A stretch of 32,000 bases of DNA, from positions 690,001 to 722,000 of the forward strand of contig CP060232.1 of the NCBI GenBank assembly GCA_023898645.1, given 5' to 3'. Under the pieces are notes generated by a model. The model was not told where the DNA came from, searched no databases, and saw only the letters and a list, made by a program, of their open reading frames with translations. The translations under genes were made by a program, and so were the position numbers. Shown piece after piece: positions 24,961 through 32,000 of the stretch (position 1 is its first letter; the number at the start of each line of letters is the position of its first letter). Source of the DNA: Candidatus Saccharimonadota bacterium. GTDB taxonomy: Bacteria; Patescibacteriota; Saccharimonadia; Saccharimonadales; Saccharimonadaceae.

Positions 24961-27150
24961 ATGAAAGGCCGCGTAATCGGTATGAAAGACACTCGATCCC
25001 CCAGGGGGCAATCTAAAAATAAAAAAGTGCAAAAAAAGTCGAAGCTACCGTTACACCTAACTCTCGTTATCGGTGCCATAGGTGTTGTATATGGCGACAT
25101 CGGTACGTCACCACTCTATGCAGTAAATACGGTATTTTTTGGCATGGGAAACACTGCCGCAACTCACAACAATATCCTCGGCGTGATCAGCTTGATGTTC
25201 TGGCTACTAACGACGGTCGTTGCATATAAATACATCTTTTTCGTCCTACGCGCCAACTACCAAGGAGAAGGCGGCGTTTTTGCGCTTCATGAACTTATAG
25301 CCAAAATTAGAAAAAAGGGCACTCCTATACTGCTCCTGTTACTCGTTTTTGCCGCAGCGCTGCTACTCGGCGACGGGGTAATTACACCTGCGATTTCGGT
25401 GCTCTCGGCTGTAGAAGGTTTAAATATAGCTACAGACGTGTTCGAACCATTTATCATACCAATTACACTGGCAATCCTAGCCAGTCTTTTTATGATCCAG
25501 CGAAAAGGGACCGCCAAAGTAGGCATGCTTTTTGGTCCGATAGTTGTTTTATGGTTTGTAATCATCGGCAGCCTAGGCCTGACTCAAATCATAAAAACGC
25601 CCGACATACTATGGGCCCTCAATCCTTTACATGCAGTCATGTTTGCTGAGCGCGTCGGCCTGTTTCCGTTCCTAGAAGCCATGGGCGCGGTAATGCTAGT
25701 CGTCACCGGCGCAGAAGCCTTGTATGCCGACCTAGGGCACTTTGGCAAACGTCCCATACGACAAGGCTGGTTTTACTTGGCGTATTGGGCACTAGTGCTG
25801 AATTATCTTGGGCAGGGAGCTTATCTACTTAGCGGACAGACGGTATACAACAATAACATTTTCTTTAGCATGGTACCTCATGTTGCATTATCGGCAGCAC
25901 AATCTGCTCAATTGCCGTACTGGTTGGCAGAGCTCATCTTACATGCGCCGCTCTACGGTATGGTGGCACTGGCTACGGCAGCTACGATTATCGCCAGTCA
26001 GGCTTTGATTACAGGAGCCTTTTCGTTAGCTTCGCAGGCAATAGCATTGGAACGAGCACCTCGCTTAAACATCATTCATACAAGCCCGCACCATGCTGGT
26101 CAGATATACATACCCGTGATCAACTGGTTGCTGCTTTTCGGCTGCGTCACCATGGTGCTCATTTTTAAGAGTAGTGGAAATCTTGCCTCAGCATATGGAC
26201 TGACCGTTGCCGGCGTAATGGTTTGCACGACTTTAGCCATGTTTCAAGTTGCTCGATTTCACTGGAACTGGCGCAGATATAAAGCTTTGTTAGTATTTGG
26301 TAGTTTTCTTTTGATCGACATCACTATCTTCAGCGCCAGCACACTCAAATTCCTCACTGGCGGCTATGTCCCAGTTATTATCGCTGTCTCCCTCTTTACG
26401 CTCATTACTTTCTGGCACTGGGGACGTACATTTATGCACGGTGCACATACCGGCTACATTTCTTATGCCTCACAGAAAGACATACGCTGGCTGGCAGACG
26501 TCAAAAAACGCCTGGCTGTCGGACGCGAACTGACCGATCGTCCGCGCCGTTTAGTCGAAATAGATCGGTCAATTGTGTTTCTGGTCTCCAAACCCGTGAA
26601 CTCTCTCGACAGCACCGTTCCTGTCCTCTTACGTATATTCATGAAGAGGAACGGAGGACTACCACGTCATATTGTCTTGCTAAACATAAAGCAAGAAAAG
26701 CAACCATTTATCAATCAAAACAAGCGAATAAGGGTGACAGACTTCGGAGAGAATATCTATGGGGTCGAGGCATTATTCGGGTTTATGCAAAATCCTGACG
26801 GGATTAGTATATTAAGAGATCTAAAAAAGAATCACTTGATGGGCCCTGAACTACACCGCTGCATCGTCGAGGCTTCCGAAGAAGAGATTTTCATAGGACC
26901 GAATGCCCGATTCGTAGACAAGACACGCATTCATATATACAAAATGTTCGAAGCTATCACTCAACCGGCGTATCACTATTTCAAATTCGACACCAAACCA
27001 GGACTTTCAAAAACTGTCATACCAATACTACTAGGTAAAAACGGGTGGAGAATTGATATTCCCGAGTACGCGCTCGAAGAAGACGAAGAACGGATCGATC
27101 CTGACACTAGAGAAGAAACAGACCTGCGGTACGGCCGCTTTGCCGGATAA
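24961..27150 (+). CDS. kup: KUP/HAK/KT-family potassium transporter
   Basis: The signature GAIGVVYGDIGTSPLY comes after a basic N-terminal tail. About 12 TM segments and a long cytosolic C-terminal domain follow. An alternative start lies at 24982. Confidence 0.92.
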   Translation: MKGRVIGMKDTRSPRGQSKNKKVQKKSKLPLHLTLVIGAIGVVYGDIGTSPLYAVNTVFFGMGNTAATHNNILGVISLMFWLLTTVVAYKYIFFVLRANYQGEGGVFALHELIAKIRKKGTPILLLLLVFAAALLLGDGVITPAISVLSAVEGLNIATDVFEPFIIPITLAILASLFMIQRKGTAKVGMLFGPIVVLWFVIIGSLGLTQIIKTPDILWALNPLHAVMFAERVGLFPFLEAMGAVMLVVTGAEALYADLGHFGKRPIRQGWFYLAYWALVLNYLGQGAYLLSGQTVYNNNIFFSMVPHVALSAAQSAQLPYWLAELILHAPLYGMVALATAATIIASQALITGAFSLASQAIALERAPRLNIIHTSPHHAGQIYIPVINWLLLFGCVTMVLIFKSSGNLASAYGLTVAGVMVCTTLAMFQVARFHWNWRRYKALLVFGSFLLIDITIFSASTLKFLTGGYVPVIIAVSLFTLITFWHWGRTFMHGAHTGYISYASQKDIRWLADVKKRLAVGRELTDRPRRLVEIDRSIVFLVSKPVNSLDSTVPVLLRIFMKRNGGLPRHIVLLNIKQEKQPFINQNKRIRVTDFGENIYGVEALFGFMQNPDGISILRDLKKNHLMGPELHRCIVEASEEEIFIGPNARFVDKTRIHIYKMFEAITQPAYHYFKFDTKPGLSKTVIPILLGKNGWRIDIPEYALEEDEERIDPDTREETDLRYGRFAG

Positions 27151-27238
27151 ACCACTAACTTGTCTGTGCACAAATAAGATCTGCGGTTGCCAATAGTAAA
27201 ACGGGGTCGTATACTGCGGGTACAAGGTATTCACAAGA

Positions 27239-27943
27239 ATGAATGGCGAAGTACCATATCAGGCGCACGAATACGGTAACGGCGATAACGAAGAAGTTGT
27301 TGCACTCGTAGCTGGTTTTAATGGGCCGTTGACCGATCTGGAGCAGGCCGCAATTGATATAGTACACACCGGCCGCGACGCAGTCGTCTACACATATGAC
27401 AAACGTATACTTCTAGCCGGTCAAAGTAATCTTCTTCCAGAATTTATTGAAACTCTACACGAAGATTTCACCACGCGCACAGCGGAATATTCACGGCATC
27501 GCTACGGCGGCGTAAGCCTAGGCGGCGCGATTGCTATAGGCATGCAAAAAAAGGACGAACATCCGGAGCATGGACTTTACGCGGCCACCGGAATCAATGC
27601 TGCCGAGCTAGTTATGAGGCACCACTTGTTTCGCGCCTTAATCATGGCAACGCACTGTATTGATATTCGAAAAATGTTCGAAAAAAACGGTCATACGTTA
27701 GGTGATTTAAAGGAGCGATGGCAACACATCCAAATGCCGCCCGAGACGTCGTTCACCGTCGTGCTTGGCGGCATGGACTATATAGTACAGCAGCGAAAAA
27801 TGATTCGTGAATTGAAATCGTGGCAAGAGAAAAATGATAAAGTACGAATTATCCGCAAGCCCTGGCTCGGTCACAACGGCACTATCAAATGGTTCAACAA
27901 CAACGCCGCCACCTTGCTCGAACCCAAACTAACAGATTCATAA
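27239..27943 (+). CDS. alpha/beta-fold hydrolase (serine hydrolase), unknown substrate
   Basis: Nucleophile elbow GVSLGG, candidate acid in GGMDYIV, candidate His in WLGHNG. 234 aa. Confidence 0.7.
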   Translation: MNGEVPYQAHEYGNGDNEEVVALVAGFNGPLTDLEQAAIDIVHTGRDAVVYTYDKRILLAGQSNLLPEFIETLHEDFTTRTAEYSRHRYGGVSLGGAIAIGMQKKDEHPEHGLYAATGINAAELVMRHHLFRALIMATHCIDIRKMFEKNGHTLGDLKERWQHIQMPPETSFTVVLGGMDYIVQQRKMIRELKSWQEKNDKVRIIRKPWLGHNGTIKWFNNNAATLLEPKLTDS

Positions 27944-28007
27944 ATCGATACATTTAAAATACCGGACTAGACTAATCACTGGCGTGTGGGTACAATGCAA
28001 CTAACTC

Positions 28008-29501
28008 ATGTCCGTGGAAAAATACCCAAGACCGACATTTACCGAAGATGACCTGCCGCTCAACGACCAGCAGCTCAGCGAGCGTGAAACCTGGATGATG
28101 GAAGTCGGCAACTGGCGCGAAGACCATTCGATTCCTTCTGTTGGTGAACATTACCGCTACATGTGGAAATGGGATTCACTCAAAGCAGCAGTGATCAACG
28201 CGAGACGTAACGATCCTAGTAGGGCCGCGACAGAACTTATAACACTGGAGCGTTATCGCGACACCTTGACTGGATTTATGCCGAATAAAATTTTTGCTAC
28301 TGCAAAACATAAAACATGGCGCGATTATCCTGAAGCGTGGAATTTTAACAACAACAAGATCGGTACAAGCTACTCTCAGCCGCCAATTGAAGCATGGGCC
28401 GCCATAGAAACATACAAAAGTTTTGTCAGGGTGGATCAAAAAGACAATGGGCTGAAGTTTCTGCAGTCAATTTATGGCTATATTGACGAAAACAATCATA
28501 CCGGCCTTCAAGGCGAACATGCGTATTTTATCGACCATAGACAAAACAGCTCAAATGATAGACTTATCGGAATCGTCCACCCGAACGAAACCGGTCGTGA
28601 TAGCGACGAGGCAAACAAGCCGTGGCTGACACGAAATAAAAACCTAGGCAAAAGCGCACTACACGAATGGCTACATATGCAAAAACTTGGCTGGGACCTA
28701 GGCAGACTAGGCCGTGATCCTCGAAAACATAGAGTAGACTGGATACCCAAACAAGTACGGCAAAAGTATTGGGTTAATGACGTAATGTTTAATGCTATGC
28801 ACGCGAATAATATGCGCTACCTTGCAGACATTGCAGACATACTCTCTGTACATCAGCCCACGAAATGGAGCAGAGAACAATATGCTTTAGACAGCGAGAA
28901 GTATCGCCTCATCGCAAATGAAGTCGAACATGAAATATTAAATCGTATGTGGGACGACAGAAAAGAGTTTTTTTACAATTTGGATGAAAACGGAAATCAA
29001 ATACATGTTCCATCAATCACGGGTCTTTTTCCTTTATTGTTAGAAAATATTTCCGACGACCACATTGCTGCTTTGCTCGATAAACTTGAAGATTCAGAAT
29101 GGTTCGCGTCGCCATACCCCATTCCAACTCATGCTGTGTGCAGCGAATTTTATGACCCGGATCCTGAGAAATTTAAGGGGACATTCACGCCTCAGTGGAG
29201 CGGGCCAGTATGGCTGGACACAAACCACCTCATTGTCGAAGAAGGGCTCGTGCCAAGGATTGAAATTCTCGCCGACCCTGGTCGTACTCACGCCAGCCAT
29301 TTGCTTGCAAAACGTGCGCTTGAAACTGCGGGTATTATCAAAAACAAAACGAAAGAATTACTTGCGAATAATCTAAAATCTATGGAATATTATTCGTCGG
29401 TCACAGGAAAGGGCCAAAGGGTAACAGACTTCATGTGGTCAAACATAGGTCTTCATTTTGAAAAATATGATGCCATAAACGAAGAGCCTGAGGAAACATA
29501 G
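28008..29501 (+). CDS. (alpha/alpha)6-barrel glycoside hydrolase, GH63 / MGH1-like (trehalase-like clan)
   Basis: NETGRDSDEANKPW resembles the ESGMDNSPRW acid motif. FTPQWSGPVWLDTNHLIVEEGL resembles the YWRGPVW..N.L motif of GH63/MGH/GgH enzymes. The call is from memory of those families. Confidence 0.6.
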   Translation: MSVEKYPRPTFTEDDLPLNDQQLSERETWMMEVGNWREDHSIPSVGEHYRYMWKWDSLKAAVINARRNDPSRAATELITLERYRDTLTGFMPNKIFATAKHKTWRDYPEAWNFNNNKIGTSYSQPPIEAWAAIETYKSFVRVDQKDNGLKFLQSIYGYIDENNHTGLQGEHAYFIDHRQNSSNDRLIGIVHPNETGRDSDEANKPWLTRNKNLGKSALHEWLHMQKLGWDLGRLGRDPRKHRVDWIPKQVRQKYWVNDVMFNAMHANNMRYLADIADILSVHQPTKWSREQYALDSEKYRLIANEVEHEILNRMWDDRKEFFYNLDENGNQIHVPSITGLFPLLLENISDDHIAALLDKLEDSEWFASPYPIPTHAVCSEFYDPDPEKFKGTFTPQWSGPVWLDTNHLIVEEGLVPRIEILADPGRTHASHLLAKRALETAGIIKNKTKELLANNLKSMEYYSSVTGKGQRVTDFMWSNIGLHFEKYDAINEEPEET

Positions 29502-29571
29502 TGAAATCAATTAACTACAGTATAAACGTGTCCGTTTTGTTATACTGATTAGATAATCACAAGGAACTAAC

Positions 29572-29682
29572 GTGCGCTTTATATTTTACGGAATCATCAT
29601 CACGATCGTATCGACACTCATACTGCATCATGTTTTTGGCGTAGGCAAGCCAAAAGACGATCAAGACGACAGCAAAGACTAG
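29572..29682 (+). CDS. candidate 36-aa single-TM peptide (below the ORF-track cutoff)
   Basis: Extended -10 TGtTATACT (29538-29546), SD AAGGA (29561-29565), GTG at 29572. Peptide: MRFIFYGIIITIVSTLILHHVFGVGKPKDDQDDSKD. Confidence 0.35.
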   Translation: MRFIFYGIIITIVSTLILHHVFGVGKPKDDQDDSKD

Positions 29683-29829
29683 AAGTAAGTTTAACTATAA
29701 ACTACATAAATGTGACGCACGACACTATCTATTTTTTCGTGCTAGAATTTACAGTCACGTATATTTGCTTTGCTATAAAATGTATAGTAATATGAAAATA
29801 TACATATAATTCTTAGTTCGGAGGGAAAC

Positions 29830-30762
29830 ATGAAGGCAGCGCAAATTAATGACTATGGCGACTCGTCATCAATCCAGATAAATGAAGCTGAAAAACCCAC
29901 GGTTACAGACGACAAAGTGCTTGTTGAAGTTGGTGCTGCTGGCCTGAATCCATTTGATCTAGCCGTTTTAGCCGGCTTCGCAAAGTCTATGGCGCCACTT
30001 GTTTTTCCTGCAACGCTTGGCCAAGATTTCGCCGGCACCATCGTTGAAGTAGGTGCTAATGTTAGTAACTTCGCAATAGGAGATCGTGTATACGGTACAG
30101 CCAACGCCATGTTCGGAGGAAGCGGTGCATTCGCCGAATTTACCCTAGCCGACGTGTCAAATATCGCTCACACACCCGACGAACTTAGCGATGTCGAAGC
30201 AGCGTCACTTCCGACGGCAGGAATCAGCGCGCTACAAGCAATCGACACGATGAATGTGCAAAACGGCAACAATGTATTTATAAATGGCGGTTCAGGTGGC
30301 GTCGGATCAATCGCAATAGAAATTGCAAAATCCCGTGGAGCCCACGTAGCAACGACAGTCTCAGGTGTTAATATTGATTACACAAAGTCACTTGGCGCCG
30401 ATGAAGTAATAGATTATAAAACTGTGCTGTATTCAGATGTTATCCATGATTACGACTCACTTTTAAATAACGTGCGCAGCAACGATAATGACAAGCTTTT
30501 GAGAACATTGAAAAAAGGCGGAGTCGCCGTTTCACTCGTCGGACCATTTGACGAGGACTTGGCAAAAAAACTCGGCGTAGCTACATCAGCTCAAATGACA
30601 CACATAAACAACGAGTCATTGACTAAGCTGGCGCAGCTGATAGATCAAGGCGTTGTCCATGCAACAATCGACAGAACTTTGTCGCTCAATCAAATCAAAG
30701 ATGCCTACGACGCACTCGCAAACGAATCGATCAGAGGAAAAATCGTTATTTCCATACGATAA
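29830..30762 (+). CDS. MDR-superfamily NAD(P)H oxidoreductase (quinone oxidoreductase-like)
   Basis: GroES-like N-terminus (VEVGAAGLNPFD, GDRVYG), Rossmann motif INGGSGGVGSIAIEIAK and C-terminal GKIVI. SD GGAGGG. Confidence 0.88.
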   Translation: MKAAQINDYGDSSSIQINEAEKPTVTDDKVLVEVGAAGLNPFDLAVLAGFAKSMAPLVFPATLGQDFAGTIVEVGANVSNFAIGDRVYGTANAMFGGSGAFAEFTLADVSNIAHTPDELSDVEAASLPTAGISALQAIDTMNVQNGNNVFINGGSGGVGSIAIEIAKSRGAHVATTVSGVNIDYTKSLGADEVIDYKTVLYSDVIHDYDSLLNNVRSNDNDKLLRTLKKGGVAVSLVGPFDEDLAKKLGVATSAQMTHINNESLTKLAQLIDQGVVHATIDRTLSLNQIKDAYDALANESIRGKIVISIR

Positions 30763-30913
30763 TTTCGTATGTTGAATATTTCACCGTAATACCTCCTTAG
30801 AATTGCTACGCTACAAAGTAGAGGTGTACCTTTGATGTGTCATAAAAATCATCAGGGTACATAGTACTTTTCCAAACTACAGCACGACAACACGCAATCA
30901 GAAAGGTATCTTG

Positions 30914-32000
30914 ATGCGCTTCCGGAAAAACACGGAAACGACCATATCGGGACCAGTATTCTACGATGCCAAAGGCAAACGCTGGCATCGTGTCATGGAA
31001 AGCTTGCTTATCATGACCATTGTCATAGCAGCAGCGACATACTGGGCTGCGCCCCAGGCATTAGCGCCCCTTTGGAAGGAGTCGCTACATCAGGGCAACG
31101 GATTTCCGCGACAGCTCGCACATTCGTCAGAGCTAAAAAATATTCCCATACTCGGAACAGGCGACGGTGAAGTCTTGACTCGTATCGTTCGAGTCGAAAA
31201 GGATGGCGATACAGTCAACCTCATCGACCCCTTTACTGGCAACGTTTTGCGAACGGCACAACCTGGAGAAGATGAAGAAATCGGCAATAGTAAATACGCC
31301 CTTGACCACTTCGGGCAACCCGCAGACCATCAACTAATGCTGACGTTCGACGACGGACCCAGCGCCCGTTACACACCGGAAATACTGGATGTACTCGCCA
31401 AAGAGCACGTGCCAGCAACATTCTTTATGGTTGGAGCCAACATTGCAAAGAATCTGGACGTATTCAAGCGTGTCATCCGAGAAGGTCATATGGCGGGCAA
31501 CCACACACTGTTTCATATTGATTTCGACAAGCACTCGGATATCCGAAATCGTGAGGAGCTAATTGCTACCGATCGCATAATGCGAGCGGGCGCAAACTAC
31601 TCGTCACGGCTATTTCGTATGCCTTATGGAGATCCGGATAAAAATGCATTAGCAATGCTCCAGTCTCAACAACTAGGCTACATTCATGTCGACTTCGATC
31701 TTGATACGAAGGACTGGTCATATCCGCCTGGAGCAGACATTCCTGTTCCGCCGCTAGACGGCAAAGGGCATGTCGTTCTAATGCATGATGGCGGCGGAGA
31801 CCGATCGTCGACTGCCATTTTGCTTGAAAAATTCATCCAGGAAGCGAAGCGACAAGGTTACACCTTTAGCACGATTGCGCCGCTATTGCCCGAGGGATAT
31901 GTCCCTACTCACGGAGTAGCGCCGACTACTGCCGACCAAACAACACTACGAACGGTTCAGGTGTTTTGGGTCATTCCTAACAAAATGCTCGGATGGCTAT
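30914..32000 (+). CDS. polysaccharide deacetylase (NodB domain), 5' partial
   Basis: The frame is open from ATG 30914 (SD AAAGG) to the window edge and is absent from the track because it has no stop. It has an N-terminal TM segment and NodB motifs LTFDDGP, GNHTLFH, RMPYG and LMHDGGG. The architecture may continue into a GT2 domain beyond the window. Confidence 0.85.
   Translation, partial: MRFRKNTETTISGPVFYDAKGKRWHRVMESLLIMTIVIAAATYWAAPQALAPLWKESLHQGNGFPRQLAHSSELKNIPILGTGDGEVLTRIVRVEKDGDTVNLIDPFTGNVLRTAQPGEDEEIGNSKYALDHFGQPADHQLMLTFDDGPSARYTPEILDVLAKEHVPATFFMVGANIAKNLDVFKRVIREGHMAGNHTLFHIDFDKHSDIRNREELIATDRIMRAGANYSSRLFRMPYGDPDKNALAMLQSQQLGYIHVDFDLDTKDWSYPPGADIPVPPLDGKGHVVLMHDGGGDRSSTAILLEKFIQEAKRQGYTFSTIAPLLPEGYVPTHGVAPTTADQTTLRTVQVFWVIPNKMLGWL

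Noticed and set aside
31090-31534. Four minus-strand ORFs of 62-66 aa from the track
   Set aside because: All are antisense to the long NodB deacetylase frame that carries clear catalytic motifs.

Overview
This is a compact, almost fully coding bacterial chromosome segment with about 40 genes, one tRNA and no rRNA. All calls rest on motifs read by eye from the ORF translations and the DNA; no homology search or folding program was run.

Most of the content is housekeeping. It includes dnaX, dnaB, ybaB-recR, an NrnA-like DHH phosphoesterase, cysS and tgt. It also includes an AI-2E-type permease, an HxlR regulator with an OmpR/HisKA two-component pair, and a GreA-family factor. The rest comprises a type IV pilin-like protein, tRNA-Gln(UUG), an MsbA-type ABC exporter and Kup. 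After these come an alpha/beta hydrolase, a GH63/MGH1-like glycosidase, an MDR oxidoreductase and the 5' part of a NodB polysaccharide-deacetylase gene that runs off the window end.

I see no CRISPR array, transposase, integrase, prophage gene or recognisable defence-system gene. The gene set and stripped-down domain architectures suggest a small-genome, Patescibacteria/Saccharibacteria-like organism, but that is inference only.

Items worth a second look:
- A nested multi-hairpin element of about 145 nt sits in front of an orphan 825-aa protein. That protein carries one intact and one degenerate metallophosphoesterase module and splits the usual dnaX-ybaB-recR arrangement.
- A -10 hexamer placed 6-8 nt before the ATG recurs at about 9 annotated genes plus one candidate micro-ORF, implying leaderless mRNAs.
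- A locus next to tRNA-Gln combines a tRNA 3'-end look-alike, a possible leaderless 43-codon ORF and mutually exclusive helices.
- A start-less C-terminal remnant of an ABC ATPase lies behind the two-component system.
- The Cys4 zinc modules are lost in RecR and absent in DnaX.
- Two small orphan gene cassettes end in near-identical terminators.

None of these amounts to a demonstrable new multi-gene system from sequence alone.
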